From NCBI RefSeq assembly GCF_009914755.1, contig NC_060925.1: DNA of 64,000 nt, one strand, 5' to 3'. Below are positions 42,432 through 55,620 of this stretch, in pieces. Each line of letters begins with the position of its first letter. Position 1 is the first letter of the stretch. The stretch comes from the human T2T-CHM13v2.0 reference genome, Homo sapiens. Under the pieces are notes generated by a model that had not been told where the DNA came from, did no database searches, and saw only the letters and a list, made by a program, of their open reading frames with translations. Both the position numbers and the translations under genes were made by a program.

Positions 42432-43329
42432 AAACTGTATCATATATATATATATAATATACATATATCATACATATATGATATACATATATATATATAC
42501 ACACATATGCACATACACACACATACTTTAAAGATACAGGCTTGCTTTATGTTATATATAGGTAATTCAGAGTCAATAAAATAGAATATTGGTAAAAACT
42601 CCCATTAGAGAAATGTTGAACATTCCAGACTCTTGGGTGGAAACCTAGTTCCCTATTAAGACATTGCTCCTACTGAAAATTTGACCGAACTGAGTTTCTA
42701 TCATTTTCTTCTGGAAAGCATGCAGCAAGCTCAAATACAAGGACCACCTGCGCTAACAGTGCTGTACTGCCGATCCACCATGATCCCCCACGAAAGGGCA
42801 GTCACAGTTACAATCTGTGTTGTCAGCCATAAACAGGCCCCCTCCCCATCTAGGAACACTGATATAAAATTCTAACGTGCATTTTCTTGTTTCTTCCTAC
42901 AATCATCAACTCATTTATGAATCTCTGTAATAAGTGTCGGGAAGTCAAGATGGTTTGAAAGACAATACCTTTCCTCCAAGTGTTTGCCCTCTAGTAAGTC
43001 AAAATGGGCACACACATAGAAATAACTGTCATAGGCAGTAAATGACACATATTGTATAAATGGAATAGGCGAATGAGTCAGGAACTTAGAGAAGATATCA
43101 CAGGTTGAGGTAATTGAAGACGACATGATAAAGAAGATAGGGTGTAGGGGCAGGGTCATGAAGGAGTTGCAGGAATTGAACTATTAGGGAAAAGGAGTAT
43201 TCTCAATTTGTCCCTCTACCCCTCTGGCCAAATATGTAACATATAAATACACCAAACACCTTCGAGATCAGGCACCATCCCTTGGTGCCGTAGTAACAAC
43301 AAGCTGGGTCACCTTCCAGTGCACGTTTC

Positions 43330-43599
43330 ACCCAAAGAAACTGTTATCACAGGTGGCTGGGCAGCTAGGGGTTCTCCTCTAATTTTGAACGTTTTATTAT
43401 AACCTAGAACAGAAGAGTGTGAGGCTCTTCTTACAGGCCATGGGTTTCCACATTTGGGTACATCAGATATATTGAAACCACATTATGTCACAGTTTGAAA
43501 GAATCCTCTATTTAAAAAGTTACTTGTACTATTTTAGTAGTCAAATGAGATGAGTAAGTCAAAATGTGTAAACAAAAATAAATATTTTGTAAATTGTTA
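43330..43599 (-). repeat. Right arm of 270-bp inverted repeat
   Basis: Block-by-block reverse-complement match to 42162-42431 (266/270). Confidence 0.98.
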
Positions 43600-44194
43600 A
43601 TCAGTGAAGAAACTTCTAAACCACATAAATATAAAGGCTAAGAAAGATTAACGCTTAAATGGTTCTTTCTTTGAATTAGAGATCGTCTGCTTTGGTTCAG
43701 GATACAGGAGAAATCAAACACCCTAAGTTCAGTAATGGGAACGTGGTATACCATCTCTCTTAAACTGTGGAACTAAAGATATCATGACACTCAAATAACA
43801 AAAAGCTCACATTCATGTCCTTTAGACTTTCCTGCTGCCCCCTAGGAAAAACATTAAAACTTCCTGTTTCAAAATATTCCTTTTTATTTTCCTGAAACAA
43901 ATGTGTTTATTATTGTAAACAATGACTCATTTGGCATTTTTACCTAATGATATAGACAAACTGAAAGATTTACTAGTTAGGTAAACTTGGGTAATACTCC
44001 CTAAGCCTTGTTTCCTCATCTGTAAAACAGAGACAATAAATCCCCCTCCTGGGATTGGTAAGGACTGAGCGAGAGAATGGATATAAGCCCTCCAGCATTG
44101 GGTCACCGTCATGATCATTAGCTTGCTTTATTACTCCAGGAAAGGCCTCGTGGGGTCTGATATTTGAAAACCTAGAACAGCATCGGTCAGAGGG

Positions 44195-44455
44195 GCAAAT
44201 GGCACAGTGTTTTAGCAGCGTGGCTTCTAGAGCCAGACCGCTGGATTCAAATCCCAAATCTATCACTTCCTTATAGGTAACCTTAGGCAAGGTGTATTTA
44301 ACCTGTTAGCCCACCTGTACCTCATTACCTTATCTGTCACACGGGGATAATAAGAACACCCAGCTGCAGGGGTGGCTGTAAGGGCTAAATGGCTTATGAT
44401 ACCTAAAGTGTCCAGAACAGTGCTTGGTGCAGAGTAAGCCTCTATCTGTCAGCCA
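44195..44455 (+). mobile_element. MIR SINE
   Basis: gcacagtgttttagcagcgtggcttctagagccagaccgctggattcaaatccc...accttaggcaag...aacagtgcttggtgcagagtaag. Confidence 0.85.
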
Positions 44456-45357
44456 TTCTTGCTGTTGACACTGCTCTCCAGCTTTAAAGATGGTCAAACT
44501 CAAACTCAAGAGTCTGGGAAGAGCTGGAAAAAATGCTTAGACACGAGAGCTAAGTGAGATGCAGAAACTAGCTATTCTTTTCTAACTAATTCTGGAGGGG
44601 TGTTGACTTTTCAAAAAATAAATTTAGTCATTTAGAACAAAGCTGTCCAGATGGAGTTAAGTGAAAAAGACCTGCGTGGTAGAAGTAGTGTGCTGAGACT
44701 GAGCCATGCAGTGTGTCTCTATTAAAGCCTAGCCATGCTGCAAATATTTTTTAAAAATTTTCATGTCCACTTTCTCAACTAGATCATATAGGTATCAGGG
44801 ATTGGGACTATATATTGGTACCATTTACTTTCATACTTCCAGTATGTAGCACAGTGCCTGTCATAAGGCAGGCATTTAATCAATATTTATTAATGAGTAA
44901 ATGATCAAATGAGTGCATAAATGAACAATCTGAAGATACAGGTAGCTATTTCCCCAAGTGCAAGAAGACCTTTAAATACTAATAAGAGTAGAATTTGACC
45001 CTTAGGTAACCAGGTTGGAGACGATAGCAAATGAGAAGATAGATGAGCAGAAGTGATGTTACTATACCTGGAAAATCAACTTTACTGTTCCTATGGGTCC
45101 ATTTTACTGAACAGAGGTTTTATTATGAATCACCTTGTTTGCTTGGCAATTCTAGTTAGTCCAGCCAAAGCAAATGTATTTCATGGGGCCTTTGGCAAGA
45201 CTGCTTTCCTTTTCTTTGTATGTGTGTACAAGATGATTCATAACACATACCCATGTAATTGAAGTATTTAATGTTTGTGCCTAGCTAAAATGAGATCAGG
45301 TCATCAGCCCATTCTTATACAAAGTCTTAGCAATAAATCTCATAAACTGTTTTTTGG

Positions 45358-46560
45358 TAGAATCACAGACTCTGAGACTTGCAAGAATTCTTACAGGGTG
45401 CCTATCTATCCTCCCACTCTATGAAGGAATCCCCTAAATGGCACTACACACAAGGGTCATCAACATCTACTTAACACTTCCCACAAGGACTTCACCTCAC
45501 TGCACCAGGCTGCCAGGTCCACTGCAGAGGAGCTCCGATTTTTACAAAAGTCTTTTGACAATGAGTTAAAATATTCTTTCTGTAACTTCTACTTGGTCCT
45601 AGTTTTAACTTCCAGACCTCTGAAATAAAATTCCTTTTCCAGGTAACAATTCTTAAAATGTTTTAAGAGAATTGCTATGTCATTTCTTCTCTGGTGACAC
45701 TCCCCCAATTCCTTCATCTGTTCTGGATCCTTCAAAACTCCAGTTACCTTCCTACAGGTGCTTACTACACTGACTAAATTCCTCTTAAAATGTGATGGCC
45801 AGAATTGGCCTTAAGATGCACCGTGGACTGATCTGTTTCCAAAGAAAGCAAAACAATTTGTTCTCCAACTCTGGATTCTACACCTTTGATTAACGTGCCT
45901 GCAACTGCATGTCCCTTTTTGGAGAACCACGTGGGCATGATGTAATCTACCCCACAGCATTTCTGGTTCATAGAAACCCTTAAGTCTTTTGTTTTCCTTG
46001 AACATGCACTGTTATCAAGAAGGTCTTACTCATCTTTGTGGAGTTGTGATTCGCAAATGTGTGTACGTGTGTGTACGTGTGTGTGTTTTATCTAAACAAT
46101 GAGCATATCTAGTCTCTTAAAATGCTGTTCTTGCTTGTTTTGGCATAACATTTGACTCTGTTGATGGCTATTTAGATCTGGAACCTCCTACTTAACCTAT
46201 TAGCTATTCTTCCCACATATTTTGCCACTTACAAGCAATTTTTAAAATATCTTCTACAAGTCCAATATTACTATTTTGCTCAAAAAATATAGACCAAGTA
46301 CAAATTTCTCTGGCACTCCTTGAGATTCTTGCTAGATTGACGTCAATCTTGTCTTAATCACCAAACTTCAGGTGTAACTGTTCAGTTATTGATGAATCTC
46401 CTAACTGTTCTAGCACCCTGCCCACACTTCTTGGTCAACAGAATATTGTGTCCAATTATCAAAGGCCTTCTGGACATCCATATACTACATACTTTCTAGA
46501 GCATTTTCTTTATTTAACTAGCAACCTTATCACGAAATGTAAACTGAGTTAATTTGTTTA
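45358..46560 (-). mobile_element. L3/CR1 LINE remnant
   Basis: Starts with CR1-like tail agaatcacagactct. Minus-strand ORF 45971-45774 (..QKC..KKGHAVAGTLIKGVESRVGEQIVLL..) resembles the decayed CR1 RT C-terminus. Confidence 0.7.
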
Positions 46561-46602
46561 ATTTACCTGGTTTGTATGAATATGAATGCCCCCCCAACCC
46601 CG

Positions 46603-46638
<36 letters not shown>

Positions 46639-46639
46639 A

Positions 46640-46959
<320 letters not shown>

Positions 46960-47627
46960 CCCATTCTGCAATTTTGCTGAGCATCTGTCATCAATCTGTC
47001 ATCAAACATTAAAATAGTTAACCAATATAAATTCATGTCTAATATAAAACCACTCATGTATAAAATATTTCCAATCTTCTGAATGTGGTTAGAAAATGAA
47101 ATTTAAAGTTCTACTGTTTAAAACTGACATGTTCCTTTCTTCTCAAATATACATACACTATGTCCTGGGGAAGGATAATAACATTTCATTTTCAATCAAT
47201 TAGAATAACTTATTTGGAATTTAATTTAGAAAATTAGAACAAAATCTTAAAATCATAGTTCTCTCTGAAGCTGAGATGGCCTTTCAGGAAGACCAAAACA
47301 AAACGAAATGACAGTTCTCAAATTTAACAGTTATTTCTGTCCTTTCTACTTGCCTTATTTTATAGATGAGAAGACTAAGGCTAAGTAAATATTAGCAAAT
47401 AATATAATGAAAGCTACTCTTATCCTGCAAATTAAAAGCCCTATATTATTTATTTTTGTTTTAAATGGATACATTGAATTGTACACATTTACTATTTACA
47501 ATTGGATGTTTTGATACATATATACATTGTATAATGATCCAATCAGTGTAGTTAGTATACCCAAAAGCCTTATATTCTTAAGAAAAAAATAATTCTATCA
47601 CTAAAGGAAAAAACCTTACTTTATCAA

Positions 47628-47922
47628 TTTTTTTTTTTTTTTTTTGAGACGGAGTCTCGCTCTGTTGCCCAGGCTGAAGTGCAATGGTGCAATGGCTCAC
47701 TGCAACCTCCACCTCCTGCATTCAAGTGATTCTCCTGCCTTAGCCTCCTGAGTAGCTGGGACTACAGGCACGTGCCACCACACCCAGCTAGTTTTTTGCA
47801 TTTTTAGTAGAGACAGGGTTTCACCATGTTAGCCAGGGTGGTCTCGATCTCCCAACCTTGTGATCCACTCACCTCAGCCTCCCAAAGTGCTGTGATTACA
47901 GGCGTAAGCCACCGCTCCTGGC
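47628..47922 (-). mobile_element. AluS
   Basis: Antisense Alu with poly-T; flanked by tacttta. Confidence 0.95.
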
Positions 47923-49009
47923 TACTTTAATTTTTAAAAACCACACTTGATATAAATATCACACTTTAACTATTTAAAGAAAGAAAATTCCCCTAGGCTA
48001 ATCCCACATAGCCAGCAGGTATGCTTCCCTGCAGGTTCTGAGCCAGTCTGGCGCCAGCAAGAATTTGGAGTCTTTTCCCACTATAGAAAAAAAACAAGAC
48101 AACATCACCTCTGAGAGAGTCAACAGAGGAGTGTATACACTGCCAAACTTAAGGCAGAAGTTTCTCATTATAAAACATGGAAATACAGTGCATTAGCGAA
48201 GTCTTTATTATATATGTTATTACACCTACACACAAATAATATTCGTAAGTTTGTTGACACTGAAAAGAAAGTCTGAAATGCTAATAATGGTGGTAATGAG
48301 ATAAAGAAACAGAAGGGCAGTAAGGCTAGAAGAGTTTCTGCAGGTTGTAATCAAACTTCACTTTCTTTTATATACCACTTCTTTTCTGGACCACTGCAAA
48401 ATCAAAGGGCATATGGTTTCCATCTCTGAAAAGAAATGTATGTTCCTATTTGCACAAAACCAGGGTATCTGTTATTTGGAGCTAGAAGAAAAATGATACA
48501 ATTCAGAAATGGTATCCTTAGATTATACATAATTCATTTCTAGGACATCTACTTGTGAAACATCCTGGGGTTGTTTAACTAGATGGCTCCTATGGTTCCT
48601 ACTAGTATAAGGTGATGTGATTAAAACATCTCCTTAGAACACTAGAGCTCTGCAAAACACAGTTCTAGCATGTATTGGGGCATAAAGAGCACAGGCCAGC
48701 TCCTGGAGATACAAGCTGTACTCACCTCCCACAAAAGTAGTCCTTGGGAGTTGGGGACAAGCAGGGGATCCTTGCGGCAAAAGGTATCTGACGGTGAGGA
48801 TCACTGTTGCCAACAGCCCTGTGCCAATACTCTAGCCACTAGCCTCTGTGCATGAATGCTAAGAAAACTGTGCCAGCCAGCATTGACACGGGGATCCATG
48901 GTGGATTCTTTCACAGATCACCCTCTTGCATGGTATACTCCACCATCTTCTCATGGTCCCATTCTCAAAGATTACAGACTGCGCTCATATATGGGCTACA
49001 TGCTTTGAG

Positions 49010-49560
49010 TTACAGTGAACAGTATCACTGTACACCCAGTTGTCCAGGATAGAAATTTGGGTGTCATCCTTGACTTCCCTCTCCCCATCCCAACATGTGA
49101 AAAATCAGTAAGTACCATTGACTCTGCCTCCTCAGTTATCTCCCTAATCCATCCATTTCTTTCTAACTATTCTATCCCTCTGATGGTGATTACATCAGAC
49201 CACTATCATCTAGAGTCTGAATTAGTTTAATAGCCAAATGGCCTTCTTGCCTCCAGTCTCAACCTCTCTAATTCATTCTCCATAGTGTGGTCAATCGTCT
49301 TTATATTAAATATAAGGTAAGTCTGACAGGACTATCTCCTTGCTTCAAAGTCTTCCAGATAAGGGCCAAAGGACACAGCCGGACAGGCAGGTGTTCATGA
49401 CTTCTCCCCGACTGACCCGCCCACCTCTCTGCTCCTCTGACTAACCTCTCTTTTAACCCCTTGTTCCTGTCTTGTCATTTGCAGTGCCCCGGACTGGCCC
49501 TGCCATCTTTCATTTCCGGGCTTTGTCCCTGCAGCTACCTTTGCCTTCAACATGCCTTAC
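49010..49560 (+). mobile_element. L2 fragment
   Basis: cacccagttgtccaggatagaaatttgggtgtcatccttgacttcc...ccttcttgcctccagtctc. Confidence 0.75.
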
Positions 49561-49994
49561 AGGTCCACAATCCAGATCCTCAGACACCACCACAGGTTTC
49601 AGTGCTCTGTTTCATGAAAATGGTAACTTACACTTATTGTGCAGGGTTCCATTCAAACCATTTTTATGCATTCTGCCATTTAACCCTCACATCAACCCTC
49701 CGAGGTAGGTATTATCATGGTCTCTTTTCATAGATTAAGAAACTGGCACCATTTAGATAGCATTTGGTGTAGAAACCAAGTGAATGATCTTCAAGTCTGG
49801 ATCATATGCATCTTCTATGTGCTCCCAGAACTCCCAGTGTTTATTATAAAAGTTAGAATTATGTGTTTTCATAATGATCTGTTTTCCCAATTTTTTGCAC
49901 CACAGACTGTAGGTTCTTAAGGGAAAAGACATGTCTGATTTTTTATGGTTCCCTAGATTAAGTTCAATAAGTGTTTGCTGAGTTAATAAATGTG

Positions 49995-50313
49995 GACTGG
50001 GTACAGTAGCTCATGGCTGTAATCCCAGCACTTTGTGAAGCCAAAGGTGGAGGATTACTTGAGGCCAGGGATTCAAGACCAGCCTGGGAAACATAATGAG
50101 ACCTGTCTCTGCAAAAAGTAGAAACAATTAGTTGGGCATGGTGCACATCTGTAGTCCTAGCTACTTGAGAAGTTGAGGTGGGAGGATCACTTGAGCCCAG
50201 TAGTTCAAGGTTACAGTGAGCTAGGATCACTGCACTCCAGCCTGGATGACAGAGCAGGACCCTGTCTCTAAATAAATAAATACGTAAAATAAAATAAAAT
50301 AAAATAAAATAAA
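49995..50313 (+). mobile_element. AluJ with (TAAAA)n tail
   Basis: ggaggattacttgaggccagg, ggaggatcacttgagccc. Confidence 0.93.
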
Positions 50314-50547
50314 TGATGACAACACTGTGCAATATGATGCAAGGGTTAGGTACACATCCCAGGACCAAAGTGCACTCAAATCTTAGCTCTTCCAATTACT
50401 GTGTGACCTTGGGTAACTTATTTAACTTCTCTGCTTAGAATAGGAATGGTGATAATACATACTTCATATAAAAATTAAATAAGTAAATATCCATAGAGTG
50501 CTTATTTAAGCTCCTGGCAAATACAATTATATAAGTGCTTGCTTCTA

Positions 50548-50832
50548 TTTTTAAACAGGGTGTCACTCTGTCGCCCAGGCTGCCCAGTGGCAAAATCACA
50601 GCTCACTGCAGCCTTGAACTCCTGGGCTCAGGCACTCCTCCCACCTCAGCCTCCCAATTAGCTGGGACCACAGGTGTGTGCCACCACACCTGGCTTATTT
50701 ATTTATTTATTTGTAGAGATGGGGGTCTCACTATGTTGCCCAGCTGGTTTCAAACTCCTGGGCTCAGGCAGTTCTCCTGCCTTGGCCTCCCAAAAGTGTT
50801 GGAATTACATGTATGAGCCGCCATGCCTGACC
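50548..50832 (-). mobile_element. AluJ
   Basis: Antisense Alu cagccttgaactcctgggctca; TSD agtgcttgctt. Confidence 0.93.
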
Positions 50833-52399
50833 AGTGCTTGCTTTTATTAGCATTAGTGTTAATGAAGAAACCAAAAGCACTTGTAAGACTAAATGAGTAT
50901 CATTAACGCAATTTCACAGGCAAGAGGAACTGACCAAGATAAAGTGACAATTGTCAAATATGTGCTGGTCCTAGAATTAAATATCATCACCCCAAAATTT
51001 GTTACAAAGCATCAAATATCTAGCTTAAGGATTCCTTTAAAAAATCTTATAGAAGACTTTTAACAATAACAAAAACCAACAATGGCAGATGAATGAGTTG
51101 GCTCCTTGCAAACCCTGAAGAGGAAACAATCCAGAAGTATCAGTCAGAGCCCACTTACTTATACAAACAATAAACTTTTATGCATAAGGACCAAATTTAT
51201 AATAAAGTTACAAGGAAATGTTTCCTCAGATTTTGAGAATGTTTAGGACCAAAGAAATGCCATTTTATGAGGAAACTTTTCTGAACAATTTAGTCATTGA
51301 CATTGAAAAAAAACTGCATCCTCAGACTTTGACAGGGGATTAAGTTGTATATTCTTCAAAGTGAAGCTGATGCCTCTTTAAAACAATAATTGTGTTTAAG
51401 AAAAGATATAATCAAAGGAGCCAACATTGTGCCAGGATTTTGTAGTGTAATTAAGTATTGCATCCCTTGTCAGGGACACAGTCTTTTGCTCAAAGATTAC
51501 TGGAATAGAAACCCCATTTCCTGAAAACAGTGGCCGGTTTTTACCAAAGAAGATACAGAAACACAGAAAAGTTTTATTCACTGTAGACCTTCTTCTGAGC
51601 AAGCCAAAGCCTTGATCCTCATGTCTACAACATATTGAAAGGCTCACTGGAATTTCCTTGTGAAACAGTTACCAGACCTTTTACCTCAAGTGGTAACCAG
51701 TCCTTCAGTTTTCAACAGTTATCCAGGCTTTGGCAATGAAAATAATAAGTATTCACTGAGGGATCCTTTCTTTCTAGATCACAGATCAAAAATGAATTCC
51801 CGAAACTCCATTTCCCATTTTTGTGATACATATTAAATCCTACTTAAAACACAGCATAATCATGAAAATTTGTATTTACTTAAGAGGTTTACAAGGACAA
51901 CCGACGGCCCCTTATGACAATTAAGGTTTGCTTTACTCATTATTAAAAACATTTTGAAACAAAAAAACCCATTACAACTAAAAATCTGGACAGTCCCTGG
52001 ATTAGGCTGTGGAGTTTGTCCTTTGGAGGAAAAGAAAAGTGAATGAAACCCCCATGAGAGTCTAGGAAATTCTCAGTGGTTCCTGTCAGTCTCCAAGCTT
52101 CTATGTCTATACTTTCAGGTCATTTAATGTTACAACTTCATGTTTTGAGATTAAAATCGACACCTTCTATTCAATGTTATACCAGAAAAACTAAAATAAA
52201 TAAATAAACAAAATAGACATCTACAAGTCAAAGATTCCCTCTTCTATGGTAACTGCTTCTACCTGCACACCCCTCTCAATCAAACTCCCGTGTGTGGCTA
52301 CACAAACACATATCCTCCATTCATACGGTAACACAGGTGAGGCTCCTGACAAATGTGATTTCACTCCTGACCAAAATTGTTAGCTTCAAAGCACCTGAG

Positions 52400-52848
52400 G
52401 CAGAGTGGTCTGCTCATAAGTCCTTCCCTGGACCCCAGCTCTGGCCAGACTTGAATGATATAAGGGTTGGCATATGATTCCAGTCTGGAGCAGCAGAGTC
52501 CATTCCCAGAAAATTTGCAAAAGAAAGAAAGAGAGACCTTGATATACACACTTAGGAGCTACTGGCTGCCATGTTCGGTACAACATAAGCAGAAGAAGCA
52601 GGACAGAAAAAAAAAAGTTTGTAGGGGAAGAATAAAATTAGCACATGGAGAGAAACTCAGATGAGAAGTGAAGAGAAAGAATTTCCTGAATAACACAGGG
52701 CTTTCCAACACCTAGTTCCAGGATGTTCCTTAGGCATGGTAATCTCCACACCCTTGGGTTGTATGAGACACTAGTGTTCCTCTCCTTTTTCACTTAAGCT
52801 GACGTGAGTTGGTTCTTGTTTTTGCAATCAGAAGTATAGTTAATACAT
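52400..52848 (+). mobile_element. Old MLT1-type LTR
   Basis: tggctgccatgtt...; 3' end ttcacttaagctgacgtgagttggttcttgtttttgcaatcagaagtatagttaataca. Confidence 0.65.
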
Positions 52849-54399
52849 TGAATGGACTTCTACATTTAAGTATAGGGCAAGAAATTGAAACACACAGTTC
52901 CTTCCAGATAAGTCATAACCACCACTATCGGATCAATCATTTGCTATAGTTCTAGAGTCCCAAACAAAAGAAATTCAGTCACTGGTCAAAAGCCAAAAGG
53001 TTTCCAGGGTTTGAAACAAACCTATAACGTATGGTTATGCAAGCTGAATTTTAATCATGCAAATGAATGAGCAGAAATCATTTTCCTTACATTGCCTTTA
53101 GCTCCATAAGTTATAGGTTTGAAAAGATGTTTTAAAAGAAATGCACTTAAGTAGATTAGTTTTCATTTTGATAAAATAAAAAGTATTAGTGCAAATTATA
53201 AACTTCATCAGTCTGCTTATTCATAGCACTCTTAAAAATTGTCTTCTGAAAAAATTTATCTGCTAAAGTACTTACAAGTAAGCACATTTTTTCTTTATGT
53301 AGGCAAATAAGGGTAGACTTGGGAGTTCTTTTCAGAAGTAGAAGATAATCATAACAGTCCTATGTTTGAATTTCAAGTTCAAGATCACATTTGGCATGGA
53401 TTTCAAAGTCTTCCAGGGGTGCTGTTTTGTTCACAAGGAGGTTTTTCTTGTTTGAGCTCTCTTGCATAAGACTCTTGGAGGAGAGCAAAGAAGAAAAAAA
53501 AAGATTCCCTACATGTTGAGACATGGAAGAATTAGATTGCAGGAAATGAAAGCCACCCAATAAGCAGTGCTTCAGTCCCTGTAAGCATTCCGTCAAGGCA
53601 ATTTCAATCCTCCCCTTAAAAGATGAGGTCTGAGAGGGGGAGGACCAAGTACTGAAGAGAAAGTGAGCTTCCGCCTTGGTCTTCATGCTGCTTAAAAGTC
53701 AATCAAGCCTGGGGTGGGGACAGGGCTGAGCCACAAGTGCAACGCCTGTGGAGGCTCTGGCCTGCAGAAAATCTAACTCCTGTCTTCACCTTCACATTTA
53801 AAACTCCATTTCTTCTTTTGTTCCTGTCCTCTTTTGCCCTCCACACAGCTATGCCTCATCTCCTGCTCTCAGGCCAATACTGGAATCCTGAGTAGGGGGT
53901 AGTAGTGTACTATTCTTAGACATCCAAGAAACTTCCCAGGCTTGGTAAGTGAAAGTTTCTCTTTGTGACCACCTTCCAACAAACCTCTTTTTTCAACTGT
54001 GATTTCTTCTCTCCAATGGTATTAAAACACATTTAATGAACTGGGTTCTTACAAGGCAAAGCAGCAGAAGAAGGACTTGCCAGTCATGAAAGTGTGTTGG
54101 TCTAGACTTTTCCAAGCTGGAGGTGCAGTGGGTCTATTCTGCACTGGTATAAGTTTCAACAAGGACAGTCTTGAGCTAGGGAGAGGGGTTGCGTGAAACG
54201 CCACACCTGCTGGGTGTTGGCAGAGACTCGCTGATGGATTTTACTGGTTAAAATACTACCCTATGCTAATAACATCACTTTTCTAAAGAGATCTAAGTGC
54301 TTCACAAGTTCATTTGCCCAAACATGGCATTCTATAAAGAAAGTAAGTAGCCCAATTATCCTCTCCGGTAAATCAAAAGTCAGTGCAGCTTTGGGGCTA

Positions 54400-54785
54400 T
54401 TCCTGGAACCCATCAAGCTGGCTCCTTTCTCAGGCCTTTTGCATCTGCTGTTGCCAGCTCTACCTGGATGGGCTCTCCCAGGTGGCCAGTGGGCTCAGTC
54501 TACCCTGCATCTGGGTTTCTGTTTAAGAAGTCCATGACCACCCAGTCTAAAGCAGCCTCCCTACCTGCATCCTACCACCCTTATCTCTCTCCCCACTTTC
54601 TTACCAGAGGTCTTAACAATTCTTGACATTCTGTTCTAATTTATTTGTTGATGGATCACCTGCACTAGAATGTAAGCTTATGAAGCCAGGGACTTTGTCT
54701 TGCTCATCACTGTGTTCCCAGGGCCTAAACAGGGCCTGGCCCATTGCAGACCTCAGCAAATGTTATATGAATGAATGAATAAGAA
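54400..54785 (+). mobile_element. L2 3' end
   Basis: actagaatgtaagcttatgaagccagggactttgtcttgctcatcactgtgttcccagggcctaaacagggcctggc...tgaatgaatgaat. Confidence 0.85.
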
Positions 54786-54959
54786 TGGTGGCCAAATATC
54801 TCAATTTCTAGCTTAACATGTGCTCACTGCCCTGTCAGCTTTAATTTACTCTTCTATGCTTCCTGCCCTTGGTTTGCTGACAGGCACTGACAGACAGCTA
54901 GATAGTTCTGGTCTTTTCAAATGTCTTGTGCTGCAGCAGAAATGTTTCATTTAGATGTG

Positions 54960-55620
54960 TGTGAATTATAAAAACCTGATGTTGATGGAAAGCATAAGGA
55001 GAAAGATTTACTGCACTGTTTGTGGGAGTGGAGATTGATGCAATCTGTTGAAGGACAATTTAGAGATAGCTTAACAAAATTTTAAACATGCATTTTCCTG
55101 ACCTACTAATTCTTGAATAAATACAATTCACAAAAATAGACCCAGGAATGCTTGGAGATGTATATAAAACGACCCTCATTGCAGGGATATTTTAATGGCA
55201 AAAAATTAGAAATAGCTCATAAAATATCATCAATCAGTATGTAATACAATGTAGCCTTATATAGCCACTGAAGAGAATTAGACATATGTTTATACAGACA
55301 TGAAAAAATATTCGTATGTTGTCAAGCATAAAAAGATGGGGAACTATTATGACTATTAAGAACACATTTCTGTACAAAAATCATTACTCTGTGAGTACTA
55401 TACACACATACAACCCCGACCCCGCCACAGTCTTTTATTATTTGCAGGGAAAGTGTCTGCAAGCCAGCATATTAACCTGTTAACAGTGGTTCTAAAATCT
55501 CTAAAGAGAGAACTAAGGGGGACTTCCACTTTCTAAATCATATATTCTACAATGTGTACATTTTAGAAACAAGCAAATTACATCCACAATAACAAAAACA
55601 ATTAAGATTTTAAACTTCAT
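54960..55620 (+). mobile_element. Old L1 (L1ME-type) 3' fragment
   Basis: cactgtttgtgggagtggagattgatgcaatctgttgaaggacaattt...tcattgcagggatattttaatggcaaaaaattagaaa. Confidence 0.7.

Noticed and set aside
42162-43599. Reading the inverted repeat as terminal inverted repeats of a DNA transposon
   Set aside because: No transposase remnant or TSD seen, asymmetric flanks (one arm in a microsatellite), and 98.5% identity is too high for human DNA transposons, which have long been inactive.
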